Positions 1 to 12,496 of a DNA stretch of 64,000 nt are shown one piece after another (position 1 is the stretch's first letter; each line of letters starts with the position of its first letter). Source of the DNA: Salisapilia sapeloensis CBS 127946 (taxonomy: Eukaryota > Protista > Oomycota); contig JAADVB010000036.1 of the NCBI GenBank assembly GCA_023334545.1, positions 40,442 to 104,441 on the forward strand. Reading direction: 5' to 3'. The position numbers and the translations under genes were made by a program. Below the pieces are notes generated by a model. That model was not told the DNA's origin. It saw only the letters and a list, made by a program, of their open reading frames with translations, and searched no databases.

Positions 1-1
1 T

Positions 2-2377
2 GATGAAGACGACACAGCTCGTATTGTCCACCACTTAAGGCTCCGTGACGATGAAGAAGTACAGCATGTGATTCAGACGACCAAAAAAGTAACGCAACAA
101 AAAGATCATGCGCCAGAGGAAGGCGAAGAAGAAGTTGTGTATCTAGTGCAGACCAAACATAACGTCTACGAGTGTCGTCCACAATGGTCTCGTCTGGCTC
201 TATTCAAAGCCCTGTGCAACCAGACGCTATCTCTTGACAACGCGCTTTCTATCGGTTATGCCCTCGGTACCGACATGGCATCTCTATGTCAAGTAGTAGC
301 AGAAACATTATGTTCCCGTCTTTTGTCTTCTCCGTCGACTAACTCCGAGTCGATGCTCAAGTGGATTCGAGATCTCTTTCAATCCTCTCGTGCCTTTCCT
401 TCAGCCGCGATCGAACAACTAACAGCTATTGACGGTTCTCGCTTTGCGATTGAATACGCTCGTTCTGTAGTTGAAAGCCCAAGTCTGTCGTTTGACTTTG
501 GCTCTCTCGAGCGCCAACGTGTTTCGTTTTTGTTGATTGAACTCGTTTTAAATGAACAGCTACGACGTGATTCTGTCCGAGCAGCTCCTTTCGTTCCACC
601 TAGTAAACAACTAGGTGAAGATGACGTTGGATTCTTGGAACAACCGGATGTATGGCTCGATCGTTTCCTTCAGGAGAATGATGACTATGCGACGGAAGGT
701 GTCGTGGATCTACTTCTATCGCATCATCAACTTGCTCGAGCCATCTCGGTGTCCAGTCGTCGTGATCAAGTCCATAACGTCCTGCAAAAGATCATCGATC
801 GTGGCCTTGCAGCCTTTGCAAGTGAAGACGCGATTGATATCCTTCTGCAGGACGGAAAGAGCGAGCTATTGACACTGCCAGAGTCTCGCACTCTCCTACG
901 TTCCTTGTCGATTGACACACAGATTCGAATCATGCTTGCTTACACTCCGTCTATCCTGCAACAACGAGATTGGATCCTACGACACTTGGATGCTATCTCT
1001 GATGATCATTGCCGTGCTTTGCTACCGACGCTACATCCTACTGATGCATCAGCAGAGAAGCCAAAGCTTCCAACTTATGACGCTAGACACAAGTATCCTG
1101 ATACCTCCACGTCCGTCTACATGGAACCTCGACCGGAAGAAGTGTGTGAGCTCTATCTCTCTGTCTTACTACGTCTTGTCTATCTACAAGCATCAGACAA
1201 AAGCGAGGCACAAAAGGAAGTGGAAGACGCGTTGAAGCAGTTTACGGGCAAGTATCGTCCACCAGTTATGATCGCTCGATGCGTTGACTATAAGAACTGG
1301 ACGGCAGCTGCATATATCTACCAAGTCCATCAAGAGCCTGTGCATGCGATTGAAAGCAGACTACATGGCCTTGATCCATCTGCGGGTAGTCAGAACGCTG
1401 AAGAAATTCTAGCACTCGTCCAACAGCATGTGCTTGGACTCGATGAAAATAGTGAAAAGACAGAGCTAGTAGGCAGAGCGATCCTTTCACGTATTCTCGT
1501 CAAGTGGTTTGAGCTCGAGCTACCAGCAAGTGACCTGGAAACGTTCGTGACCGAGTCGAACGAACGATATGAGCAGCTAGCTCCTCTCTTTGGTAGTATC
1601 TTTTTCGCCACAAGCGTCGACGCTGCTGTTTCTACTAGATCCTTTGGTCACAAGAAACCGAACGCCTCCGAGGAGCATGCAGCATCTGATCAGGACCAGG
1701 AATGGATACGAAAGTGCCACAAACTCCCATTCAGTGGCTCCTTCCTCTTCAAAATCCTTTCGTCTTTCCTCCAATCAAAACAAACGCATGCGATAGACAC
1801 GAGTATGATGCATTATGAGGAAGATGGAGAGCTGTTGGAACTCGTAAAGGAGAATATTGAAAAGAACGAAGCTATGGCCAAGGTCATTCATGTTGCGCCA
1901 CACTCTGCGACGGCGCTAGGTAAGAGTGATCCGTTGGAGACACACGCCAAAGTCTTCACGTGCGGGCATGTCTTTCCTAAACGTGTGTTTGAAGAAGAAG
2001 TCTTGCCGGAGTTTGATCGTCGAATGAACTCCCTGCCAGTAGCTCTGTTCACGACGAAGCAGTTACTCTTAAACGAGTTCAAACGCAGCATAGTACAAGC
2101 TCCATGTGCAATCTGCTGCTTTAATCATATTAGTCGGACGATCGAAGATGAGTTTGAGCTGAATGGCTTAGAAGAAGCTGATTTGAACGAGTCTCGATCC
2201 CAATCCCGACGATCGTCACTTCGCTTGAAGAAAGACGCTTCGGATTCTTTCTACTTTCTCCATCGCCAATCCCTCCATCACGCTTACTCGCTTTCAGATA
2301 TCAAAGCGTCTTCCGGTCAAGAGGTCGATCGTGCTGGGGAGAACTTATGGCAATGGAAGGCACCGTCATTGAGCTAG
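2..2377 (+). CDS. Large hypothetical protein, 5'-partial; helical region with C-terminal Cys/His zinc-binding-like motif
   Basis: The frame of ORF 68..2377 is open back to base 2 (DEDDTARIVHH...), so the gene starts before the window. The C-terminus has FTCGHVF...APCAICC, a degenerate RING-like tail. Confidence 0.75.
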   Translation, partial: DEDDTARIVHHLRLRDDEEVQHVIQTTKKVTQQKDHAPEEGEEEVVYLVQTKHNVYECRPQWSRLALFKALCNQTLSLDNALSIGYALGTDMASLCQVVAETLCSRLLSSPSTNSESMLKWIRDLFQSSRAFPSAAIEQLTAIDGSRFAIEYARSVVESPSLSFDFGSLERQRVSFLLIELVLNEQLRRDSVRAAPFVPPSKQLGEDDVGFLEQPDVWLDRFLQENDDYATEGVVDLLLSHHQLARAISVSSRRDQVHNVLQKIIDRGLAAFASEDAIDILLQDGKSELLTLPESRTLLRSLSIDTQIRIMLAYTPSILQQRDWILRHLDAISDDHCRALLPTLHPTDASAEKPKLPTYDARHKYPDTSTSVYMEPRPEEVCELYLSVLLRLVYLQASDKSEAQKEVEDALKQFTGKYRPPVMIARCVDYKNWTAAAYIYQVHQEPVHAIESRLHGLDPSAGSQNAEEILALVQQHVLGLDENSEKTELVGRAILSRILVKWFELELPASDLETFVTESNERYEQLAPLFGSIFFATSVDAAVSTRSFGHKKPNASEEHAASDQDQEWIRKCHKLPFSGSFLFKILSSFLQSKQTHAIDTSMMHYEEDGELLELVKENIEKNEAMAKVIHVAPHSATALGKSDPLETHAKVFTCGHVFPKRVFEEEVLPEFDRRMNSLPVALFTTKQLLLNEFKRSIVQAPCAICCFNHISRTIEDEFELNGLEEADLNESRSQSRRSSLRLKKDASDSFYFLHRQSLHHAYSLSDIKASSGQEVDRAGENLWQWKAPSLS

Positions 2378-2571
2378 GTAGAGTGCTTCACACGACAAAG
2401 TTTATACGTTTCCAGTCTTTCAATTCCGTATATTCCGAGTTTAGCGTTGTGACTACGCACGAGGGTATATACTCTAGAGCTAGCTTCAATGTACTTCGCA
2501 TTTCTTAATCATCGCAAGTTAAACATAATATCGCTACGGTGTCTCGAGAGCATAGACAAGTTGCCAAGGGA

Positions 2572-3234
2572 TCATAGCTTTGGTAGAACCATCTTGTAGA
2601 CAAAGCTCGAATCCAACGCTCGATTACTCCCGCTATAGTGCCAACGGAGTTTCGTAACGTCCGGGCGAGTCTCCTTTCCGATCGAATAGAGACACCGGAA
2701 GAGGAGTGCAGCGTGAGTACGCATGGCCTGCAGAACTTCGGATGAAACGGGCTTGAGTCTGTCGTGGGACTCGAAGATACTATGGATACTGGCTGCGATG
2801 TGCTCTGGGTGTCCACCATCATATTCCGAGTTGCACACTCGGAGCATGTACGGAGCGTCTGGCCCTCCCATTTGCAAGATACCGACAAACTTGTCTGGAT
2901 CCATCAAGATGAGATTCAGCACAACGTATCCTTGCAAGAGACTGTCGTAGATACCAGTGCTTCCACCCATGGAAACTTCATAGTCAATATTCCACACCGT
3001 TGGATCCAGTGAATTTCCCTCCTCATCCACAGGATCACGCGTGTCCGTCTCGCCAAACTCTTTTACCGCATCCGCGAGACAATTCGCAAAGTGCTTCACC
3101 TTTTTCTCATCCGCTTCGCTCATACTCCAATTCCGCGTGTAATCAACGTGACCATTGTGCCCATACGCAACAAACTTTGCGTACACTTTCCCAAGTGATT
3201 CCCACGGCAATCGATGTGCTAGATGCGTGCTCAT
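2572..3234 (-). CDS. Hypothetical protein (220 aa)
   Basis: Single ATG-started ORF with globular-protein composition, arranged head-to-head with DnaJ. No family recognised. Confidence 0.7.
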   Translation of the reverse strand: MSTHLAHRLPWESLGKVYAKFVAYGHNGHVDYTRNWSMSEADEKKVKHFANCLADAVKEFGETDTRDPVDEEGNSLDPTVWNIDYEVSMGGSTGIYDSLLQGYVVLNLILMDPDKFVGILQMGGPDAPYMLRVCNSEYDGGHPEHIAASIHSIFESHDRLKPVSSEVLQAMRTHAALLFRCLYSIGKETRPDVTKLRWHYSGSNRALDSSFVYKMVLPKL

Positions 3235-3393
3235 CGTCTTACTGACGTCTCTGACGTACTTGCTCCCTCCATCCCGAGTGATCGGTTACTATAGCTTCTC
3301 CTAGCTATACTATAGGTTATAATGGTGAGAATATTCTCGATAGTCCCGAAAAGAAATGATTGGCGTCACCGGCACTTCCTGAAAATCGAGACC

Positions 3394-4779
3394 ATGACCA
3401 TCGTTCGTCCGATCTTGGCAGCGACGGCAGTCGGGGCACGTACTGCCGGTCGTAAGCACGTTATCCATAATGCAATTTTCTCTGGATCGAAATTGCAATC
3501 GAATAAACGTCTTCCAGCCATTGCAGCCACTTGGCAGCAAAAGTCAGACTTCCATAGCACACCCGTTTCGCAGCAGTCGAAACGTGACTTTTATGAAGTC
3601 TTAGGCATTAATCGAGATGCTAGTAAGAACGAGATTAAGAAAAAGTACTATCAATTAGCGAAAAAGTATCATCCAGACGCGAATAAAGATGATCCGGATG
3701 CAGCGAAGAAATTCGCCGAAGCGACGGAAGCGTGGGAAGTGCTCGGAGATGAGGACAAACGCAAAGCCTACGACTCCTTCGGACATGCTGGAGTCGATGG
3801 ACAAGGTGGTGCAGGTGGATTCGGCGGTGGTGGAGGTTTCCAGGACTTTGAAGACATCTTTGGCGACTTTGCCAACATGTTTGGCGGTCAGCAAGGCTTT
3901 GGCGGCCGTGCTCGTCGGGCTGCCAACCAGCCACAGAGAGGTGCTGACTTGCAAGTGAACGTGACAGTGAGCTTCATGGAAGCTGTGAACGGCACAACGC
4001 GTGACCTTCAGCTACAGTCGAATGAGGACTGTGATACGTGCAAGGGCTCTGGTGCCAAGCCCGGTACGAGCCGCAAGACGTGTCAGAACTGTAACGGCTC
4101 CGGTGTGGAAGTGATGCAGCAAGGTTTCTTTGCTGTCGAGACGCCGTGTCGACGATGCGGAGGAGAAGGATCGACACTCGAGTCGCCTTGTACGACGTGC
4201 CGTGGCGAAGGCACGGTCAAGAAGCCGCGACAGGTCGAGGTGAAGATCCCAGAGGGAGTCGATCAGGGCATGAACCTCCGATTGGCCCATCAGGGCGAGT
4301 CTGGACGTCGCGGGGGACCTTCGGGACACCTCTACGTCGGCATCAACGTCCAACCGGATCCGTTCTTCAAGCGCCGTAAGACCGACGTTCTCGTGGATGT
4401 CCCCATCAGCATCGCGACGGCGGTCATGGGCGGTACTGTCGTGGTACCGACCTTGACGGGTGAAGTCGAGATGAAGGTGCCCAAGGGGACGCAGCCGGAT
4501 ACGGTGTTGCAGATGCGTGGCAAGGGCATTAAGGAGCTCAACTCGAATCTGCGTGGCTCGCAGTTGGTGACGCTGCAGATTCACGTTCCGAAGAACTTGA
4601 CGCCTCGACAGGAAGAGCTGATGGAAGAGTTTAGGAAGGAAGAGGATGATAAGGCAGCACAGGGAGACCGGACGTCCAAGCCACATACGTTTAGCGAGAC
4701 GGTGAAGGAGACGGTGGATCGGATCAAGTCGTTCCTGCAGGGCAATGATAAAGACAAGGACAAGGACAAGTCGTCGTAA
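3394..4779 (+). CDS. dnaJ: Mitochondrial type I DnaJ/Hsp40 chaperone (Mdj1/DNAJA3-like)
   Basis: J domain with HPD, G/F-rich linker, four CxxCxGxG repeats, C-terminal domain, and an Arg/Ala-rich presequence from ATG 3394. The upstream ATG at 3322 is less likely. Confidence 0.95.
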   Translation: MTIVRPILAATAVGARTAGRKHVIHNAIFSGSKLQSNKRLPAIAATWQQKSDFHSTPVSQQSKRDFYEVLGINRDASKNEIKKKYYQLAKKYHPDANKDDPDAAKKFAEATEAWEVLGDEDKRKAYDSFGHAGVDGQGGAGGFGGGGGFQDFEDIFGDFANMFGGQQGFGGRARRAANQPQRGADLQVNVTVSFMEAVNGTTRDLQLQSNEDCDTCKGSGAKPGTSRKTCQNCNGSGVEVMQQGFFAVETPCRRCGGEGSTLESPCTTCRGEGTVKKPRQVEVKIPEGVDQGMNLRLAHQGESGRRGGPSGHLYVGINVQPDPFFKRRKTDVLVDVPISIATAVMGGTVVVPTLTGEVEMKVPKGTQPDTVLQMRGKGIKELNSNLRGSQLVTLQIHVPKNLTPRQEELMEEFRKEEDDKAAQGDRTSKPHTFSETVKETVDRIKSFLQGNDKDKDKDKSS

Positions 4780-4996
4780 GTCACTGGGACGTTGTAGACG
4801 TTTATAAATATCCCTCGCAAGGCTACAAATACAGTTTTTGTTTCCCAAGTAGATTCGAGAGGACGAGTGCACCTCTTTAAGATACCTCATGCTTGTCAAT
4901 CAGTTTGACTTGATCTTTGTATGGAAAGTAGACGAGTACTACTTTTTTTCCTTAGGAAGCTTTTGAACGCTGCGACGATAGACGTTTGCATACGAG

Positions 4997-6349
4997 ATGG
5001 AGTCTAGGCATACGTCGTCGACTGCTGAATTAGAGAAGCAGATTGCTGTGCTGAAAGATGAAAATGCTCGGCTGCAGCGTCTCGCCACGAGCTCACAGCA
5101 GGCTGCTGCTCATAGCACTACGCGTCCATCCGACAGAGATGACGAACGATATGAACGTCAGATGCTCCTAGATGACTTTGGAATAGATGGGCAAACGAAG
5201 CTACGTGATTCGAACGTGCTTGTGGTCGGAGCTGGGGGACTGGGCTCTCCTGTCCTCATGTATTTGACGTCCATGGGCGTCGAGTCGATCGGAGTAGTCG
5301 ATCATGACTTCGTCGAGAGATCCAATCTCCATCGGCAAATCATTTACGACGACACGAGTATCGGTCGGCTTAAAGTCGACGTTGCCAGACACCGCTTGAA
5401 GGCTCAGAGCCCACATCTGCAGTTAAAATCCTATCCAACTCGTCTTACAAGAGAGAATGCACTCGATATCATTAGCGATGGATATGATCTTGTGATAGAC
5501 GCAACCGATAACCCACCCAGTCGTTATCTGATCAACGATGCTTGTGTGGCAACAGACACACCTCTTGTCTCGGGTAGTGCCATCGGCATAGAAGGACAAG
5601 TTACAGTCTTTACATACAACAGGTCCAAATGCCCTGATAGCATCCCATCAAGCGGTTGCTATCGATGCTTATATCCTGTCTCGACAGCTACGGCCGCTAG
5701 ACCCAAGACCTGCACTGAAAGCGGCGTCATGGGTGTCGTACCTGGCATCATCGGATCACTTCAGGCCATGGAAGCCGTAAAAGTACTCTCAGGTATGGGA
5801 AAACCGCTTGTAGGCGTTCAGTGCTTTTACGACGGCTACGACGGAAGTTTTCGACGGCTAAAACTTCCTCCACGACGTAAGTCTTGCATCGCTTGTGGCG
5901 ATAACAAACTCTCATTCTCAGCTTTACAAGAATCTGCCTCCATGTCTTTCTGTCAAGGCGAGTCATCAACGTCAGCAGACGCTCTCGCGCCTGAGAATCG
6001 GATCTCAGCGCTAGGTTTCCATCGTTATGTACTAGAAAACTCTCCTAACAACGACTATGAACTCATTGATGTCCGTCCGGAAGCACAGTACCGATCCAAG
6101 CACTTTGCAAGTGCCAAGAACATACCTCTTCCTCACCTCTTACGTGCTTCCTCCGTCGACAGCCTAGGAATACACAACGAAAACGATAGTGAGGATCAAA
6201 AACGACCTGTTTTCGTCCTCTGCCAACGAGGTGTAGCATCCGTCAGAGCAACCAAGTGGCTACTAGAGCACGGAATGACAAACGTAAAGAACGTAGAGGG
6301 AGGATACGCTGCATGCGCTGCATGGAGTTCGGGATTCTTATCGGAATAG
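4997..6349 (+). CDS. MOCS3: Adenylyltransferase/sulfurtransferase MOCS3/UBA4 (ThiF + rhodanese)
   Basis: VLVVGAGGLGS, DFVERSNLHRQ, CYRCLYP and CIACG motifs, plus a C-terminal rhodanese domain (IDVR...LCQRG). Confidence 0.95.
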   Translation: MESRHTSSTAELEKQIAVLKDENARLQRLATSSQQAAAHSTTRPSDRDDERYERQMLLDDFGIDGQTKLRDSNVLVVGAGGLGSPVLMYLTSMGVESIGVVDHDFVERSNLHRQIIYDDTSIGRLKVDVARHRLKAQSPHLQLKSYPTRLTRENALDIISDGYDLVIDATDNPPSRYLINDACVATDTPLVSGSAIGIEGQVTVFTYNRSKCPDSIPSSGCYRCLYPVSTATAARPKTCTESGVMGVVPGIIGSLQAMEAVKVLSGMGKPLVGVQCFYDGYDGSFRRLKLPPRRKSCIACGDNKLSFSALQESASMSFCQGESSTSADALAPENRISALGFHRYVLENSPNNDYELIDVRPEAQYRSKHFASAKNIPLPHLLRASSVDSLGIHNENDSEDQKRPVFVLCQRGVASVRATKWLLEHGMTNVKNVEGGYAACAAWSSGFLSE

Positions 6350-6412
6350 CAAAGCTACCTAGTCGATTCAAAAAAAGGAAAAATGCAAAGCCACATTGTC
6401 AGGACAAGTCTC

Positions 6413-8507
6413 CTACTCGCTTTTCAATCCGTCGTTCATCGCACGATAGTCTACCGGCTTTCGATTCCGATACAAACGCGCATCCAGATTCACATCAGCC
6501 GGCACATTCGGTCTCTCCGCCACACCACTCTCTTCTTTGCTTCCTTCGCTATCCGATCCTTGCTTCACTCCAGATGACACACTGCTCTTTCGAGTGTACA
6601 TCTCTCCATCATCGTCGCTATCGACTTGACTGGCAAACAGCAAGTAGTTGAGCTTTCGATAATCCACTGGCGTCCGCTTACGCTTGCCAAATCGAGGCGA
6701 CAGGTCGTCATTCGGAGAGTCAGTAGCTGTCTCTTCTAGACTACGCTTCGCCACCTTCTTTTCCAACCCGACACTAGCCTTGCTACTCTTCTCCTTGACA
6801 CTACCTCCACTACTCTTCTTCACGCCAGCGCTAGATTCAACACCATTCGTCCCTTCTTCACCACCGACAGCCATCTTCTCCGCCAACAACATCCCTCGCT
6901 TCATCCGTCGATGACTGATAATCTCTCGCGTCCCGTCGTCAAATAGAATGCACCACTCTCGCTTATTCGTAATGATCTTTCGACTATCCGGCGCAGGTGG
7001 CGTCGCTTCTTCCACGACGCGACCCATGCGCGTGACTGGATCCGACTTGGCTTTAATCCCCACCCGCTCGCCGATGAAATTTACATGCCGATACGGTCTC
7101 GCTGCACCATCAAGCTGCAGACCAGAGTGTTGCAATTCTCTACAGCACAAGCCTCGGATGTCAGCTATAGGAATAGATAGAGGCATGGAAGGACGTACGT
7201 GGCAGTCTTCATGACACGCTTCTTAGCCTCTGGAGGCGTCAAAACCTTGGGCGCGATCTTCACAGGTTCCTGCGCATCCTCTTCCTCTTCACGCGTGTCG
7301 TCGTCACGATCACTCTCGACTTCCTCCTGCTCCTCGCCACTGTCCGAAGTCGGAGGTGACTCGGACATGACAAAGTCCTCGTCATCTTCATCTTCCTCCG
7401 CCAGAGGCACTTGAGACTGCTTTAAAAATGAGTTCGAAGGACGACCACCAGCCTTCTTCTCCCCCTCTGGCTCCTGAACACTTGCCATCGCTCCTGCTAA
7501 TTCAGGAAATACCTACTAGTAACTCAGTACGCGTCAAACAATACGACTTCCGATGTGAACTACCTCATCTGGCGTCTCGTACATGGTGCCTAACGCATAA
7601 TTTATCTTCTTAAGAGACTCGAACATGGCAGCACAGCCATGGCAGAACCAATCTTCTGTTCCAAACGGAATCTCGCGCGTGGACACTGGCGGATCGAGAC
7701 ATTGCTGATGGTAAGCTCGGAAACACGTCGGCTGGTCACAGATTAGAATGTCATTGTCCGATGTCGTGTTCGTGCTGCCACAAATGGAGCAAATGATCTC
7801 CTCTGGCGCGACGTGCGTCTTGCCTTGTTTCAATGGCTCAAGCTGCTTGTCCTTCGCATGAAGCTCTTCGATCTCGCGCAAGTACTTGACCACGAGCTGC
7901 TTGATACTAGTCATTTTCTCATGCGTCTTAGCAAGTTCCTTCTCCGGTTTTAGCTTTTCCAAATTCGCACTGCGCCAGCCTTCCCCTTCGTATGCTTCCA
8001 CGTACGCCAACAAGTACTTGAGACGCTTGACCTGTGTGTGTACCATGTCTAGCTTATTTATGTCGCTAGTAGCTATAAGAATGAACGTACCTGAGTGTTC
8101 ACCTTGGCTTCGAGTGCCTTATACATGGAAATGTCTTCCTGTGGCTTTGGCACCTGAATAAGAGACGCTTTCACGGTGACCTTGAGACCAGTCACGACGG
8201 CCTCCTCGACCTTGTAGTGCTTCTCAGACTCCTTTTTGCCCCTGCCTTTGCCCTTTGGGCGTGGGAGTCGGACAGGAGCCTTGTCCTGCGGCCGACTCCC
8301 GCGTGGCACCACGGCTGGTGGCGTGGTCATTTCTTCGCTCCGATTGGTCTCGCAGCTGCTATACCTTCTGGATGGAAGCCGCGTTATAGTTTTATGTAGG
8401 TGTACGCTATCATCCGAAGCCTACCTCGAAGGAATAGACCTGGTCACTCGGCTACCATTGGCGTCGTTCGCGTCGGATGTCTTCGTAGCCATCTCGTGGT
8501 TCTCCAT
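6413..8507 (-). CDS. PHD-finger chromatin protein (PRH/HAT3.1-like), multi-exon
   Basis: PHD finger CSICG...CDQPTCFRAYHQQCLDPP...WFCHGC in ORF 7534..8046, with acidic and basic low-complexity exons. ATG at 8330, or at 8507 through an in-frame spliced first exon (my inference). Confidence 0.8.
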
Positions 8508-8831
8508 TGTCAAGAATGATTTTAAGCAAGTTTCTCGATGATTTGTTTGTCGTCCGTAGCGTTTCCACGAAATGAACGCGATAGACTAGCTACAGACACT
8601 TAAAAGCGATCAAGGAGTGCAGAGACGACAAGGGATGGACGGAAGTCGATGCCGCCACAAAATGTCGAAATTAAATTCGATCTCGAGACGACGTAATTGG
8701 AAACCTTGGACACGTATCTCGATGAACGAATGCTTGCAGGAACTTACGAGTAGGATGTATCGTAGTAGAAACAGATAAAATCTAAAGCTAGGTGTATTCT
8801 TACTTGCTTCCAAGTGTGGTTATTATACTTG

Positions 8832-9862
8832 CTACGCTGCACCATGCACGACTTCTTGCAACTCGATCGTGTTCTTTGCCTTATGGTCTTTGGCCATGGC
8901 TGCCAAACGAATCCGGCTGCGCTCCACAGCGTGGATATGACGCACCTTTTCGAACGCTCGTAGCCACATCGATTGCTGTCGAGTATCACCTTCCGCAGTT
9001 TTCATCAACGCGAGATTCTCAATCGACATCCGTACTAAGTTTGACAAATGCTCTGCTTGTTCCCTTGCTTCCTTGAGTCTTGCAGTCGCATGGTTCATCT
9101 CCTTCTGAGCAATCTTGACGTCCTCAACAGAATGGCGTCGCCGAGAGTTGAGCTTCAATGCTAGCGACTTGTTGTTCGGGAAACTCATGAATCGAGAACA
9201 TTGCGAATACTCGTCGTACAGAAGACTCGCAGGGTCCACTTCATTCGCGTGAAGCTTTTGCAAGTGAAGGGATATAGTTCCATCAGCGCTCCGATCAGCA
9301 ATCAGTCTCGCCAACAAGTACTTAACCTCCACTTCTATTGCCTGCTCCTGATTCTGCAGCATCTTGGATTCATGCAGTCCCAAGGCACCTTTCAGCTTTC
9401 GCAAATCCAACTGCACAGGAGGAATCGTCTACAATCGTAGGAAAGTATCAGACATAAGAGCCGTGAGAATAAAGACGCATCCGACCAACATACCAAATTC
9501 GTTTCTGGCATTGTACGCATCACAGTTGCTTGCTCCGTCTTCTCCGCTTCATCTTCATGGAAAGCGGAGATCGTGACGCAGTTGGCACCAATGTTTTCAT
9601 CGATGCAAACTTCCAGCGTCTCGTTGATCCGCCAGAAGAGCTTGTTACCATCGTAGATTACCGATCGCTGTCCTGCCCCGGTTGCAGATGATGGACGATT
9701 ATACCCGTTCGTAGGATCTCCACCCAAGGCTGCTTTATGCAGAGGAGAGAAGTTGACATGATCAATCAGTTTCTGCGCCGATCGCACGGAGATGTGGCAG
9801 ACTTCGCTATGCGCATTCCAAAGTAAGTTACTAGTGGAAAGCCAACGATGGCAGTACGGCAA
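8832..9862 (-). CDS. Hypothetical coiled-coil protein, spliced; ends uncertain
   Basis: ORFs 9392..9862 and 8832..9416 are separated by an intron-like stretch. Helical, heptad-rich C-terminal half. Confidence 0.6.
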
Positions 9863-10030
9863 ACCATGTAAAGCTAGGCTTTGGTGCTGCTGCTAGAGTC
9901 GTCTTCATAGAACGTTGGTCCATTCCGGATGAGAAACAGCAGTAACAAGTAGACTCAAAGGGTCAAATGTGGTCTTATGAGCAGCTTCGTCTATATTCAG
10001 CAGATGCTGTCCGTTTCAACGGAACTATTC

Positions 10031-12391
10031 CTACTCCTGCTTCTCTCCATCACGCGCAGCCCTCGCCGCATCCTTCTCTTCCTTGTTCTTCATAATGGCG
10101 TTATGCGTATCTTCACTATAAAGCTGCAGCTCCTTCATCGCAGACAATAGGACGGTGATGTCAGCCTTGTTCGTCATCACATTCACCGAGTTGCGTCCAC
10201 GCCAGATGACGACATTCATTAACCGCTTCCTACAGTACCTCCATCAGTGACACGCATCAACATGATAAAGCTAAACAACGTACTCAATCTCCGTTTGCCC
10301 TTCCTGACGAAGACAGCAGGCGATGCTACCGACAGAAGACTCCTGTAGCAACTTCTCCGTGTCAGGGGCAAAGTCATCAAAGTCGAGCAACTGCCCTTGA
10401 CGCTCCAGCATCATCTGGAACTCGTCACGACTCACCGTCGTGAATCGACTGCGCATGAACGGCAGCAAGTGCGGCAGTCCTGCTTGGCACAAACGGAAGT
10501 TGCGATCACCGTCGCTTGTCATCGTACGCTCAAACATCTTGATGCCAGTGTACACGACGATGGCTCCACCAGCCTTCATGCGTTCGAGCATCGGCAGCGT
10601 GATACTCTCCGACACGAACGTAATGCTCTTCGAGTCGCCTTCTCGAACCAGCAATTGGCTCGTAGAGAAGTCGTCACTGACGTCATAGAACGGTTGGAGC
10701 TGACTCCAGTGCTCCGATGGGAAAGACACGTAGTCGTACTCGGTGTTCTTCTGGCGTCTGCTTCCAGAACGCTTATTAGACGCCTCTTTCGACTCCTGTT
10801 CAACAGCAGCACTCTCCTCCGTCGGCTCTTCCTTGGTATCTTCTACAGCTGGAGTCTCGGCAGGCTTCTCCTCTTCCTTTGACTCCACTTCCGATGCCGT
10901 CTGCGCTTCCTTTGCATCCTCTGAAGGCTTGTTCTTCTTCGCCTTCGTCTCCACCTTTAGCTCCGGCGTCGGTGCCGTCTTCTTGATCAAACAGATAAAA
11001 AATCCACCCGTGTCCTATCCAAACACATGAGCTACTAGTAACCACTATACATCCGAAGCATCAAGTACCTGGTCATGAGGAAGACAACGCATGCATCTAT
11101 CCAAATGGAAGCTTTGTGCCTCTTCTTCCGTCGGTGGGAACATGGACGGAGTGAGTTTATTCTTCTGACGCTTGGACATTTCTTCCTTCGTCTGGACTTG
11201 ATCCACAGACGTAAAGGTAGTCATATTCGAGTTCATGACCGTCCAGTTCGAGATACCAGGTCGACGTTTAAGCAAGGGAATCGTTTGCGAAACATCCACA
11301 AGCTCCAAAGCACCATTACCCCATCTCAATAACTCCGCTACGATCGCTTCGTTCTCAAGCGGATTGAACGTACAAGTCGAGTAGCACATGTACCCTCCAA
11401 CCTTGAGTAACGACGCACCACGCTTGACAATATCTTTTTGCAACGGATGGAGGGACATGCCGTTCTTGGCATCCCAATTTCGCCAAATGATCGGGTTCTT
11501 ACGCAACGTACCGTCACCACTGCAAGGCGCATCACAGAGCACACGGTCGTAATAACCTAGGCTCTCATCCTGCGCATCTCCTGGGAATGGAAGTCGCTGA
11601 GCTTCTTGGCACGTCACGACGAGAGCAGGGGATCCGATACGTTTCGATTGGTGCACGAGCATGTAGCTACGCTTGAGGTCGACATCATTCGCAACGACCA
11701 TACCCGTCGGTGTACGTCCAGTCGCTAGTTCCTCTGCATGTAGCGCCTCCAGTAGCTGAGACGTCTTGGATCCTGGCGCGGCACACATGTCCAGCACACG
11801 ATGGTGTGGCTGAACATCTAGGACAAGAGGTGGGATCATACTGACAGCCTCCTGACGCGTGATGCTGCCACTGTCCGAGATTTCCACAAGCCATTTCTGG
11901 AACTGCGAGAGGATCGGGAGTTTCCGGATCTTGCGCCTCTCGACCGACCATTGGAAACCCTTACGATCGGGGTACCATGGCATCTCACTAATTGGAGCCA
12001 CTTGCTCTCCATCAACCTCTAGACCTTGGAACTTGAATTCGTTCTCAATACGCTCTCGGATTCTAACTACACCGTCAGATCATGCTTTTAGAGTCAATGT
12101 GAAGAACCTACTTTTCAGCAAATGCGCAAGTGTTGTTGATACGGAACGTCGTTGGCAGAGGTTTGGCTAATGCCGCCATAAAGTCCTCCCACTCGTCCTC
12201 TGGAACGATATTCTGACTCTACTCAATATGAGCTTCTAGCCTCCCATACAGCACATATAGGCACGAACCTTGTAGTACTCGACGAACTTGTCATTCGTAT
12301 ACACCCAATCACTAAATCCTCGACTCTCTCCATCCGGTTTACTCTTCTTCGCCCCCTTCCGGCCATGCTGTCTCCTCGGTCGCTTCCCCAT
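10031..12391 (-). CDS. NSUN2: tRNA (cytosine-5) methyltransferase NSUN2/TRM4
   Basis: RQEAVSMIPP, VLDMCAAPGSKT, DRVLCDAPCSGDGT, YSTCTFNP and HDQ|DTGGFF motifs, with C-terminal VIWRG. Exons joined via GT-AG introns (e.g. 11015..11068). ATG at 12391 (MGKRPRR). Confidence 0.95.
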
Positions 12392-12496
12392 GTCTGCGGA
12401 TGATGGCCAACAGTTTTATCTTTGAATTTGTATGTAAAAACAAATCTTGAAGGGTTGTATGAAGTAAAAGTACTGGATTGTAAATAGAATGAAACA

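Noticed and set aside
4012-4899. 295-aa antisense ORF opposite DnaJ
   Set aside because: Shadow ORF caused by the strong codon bias of the sense gene; no motifs.
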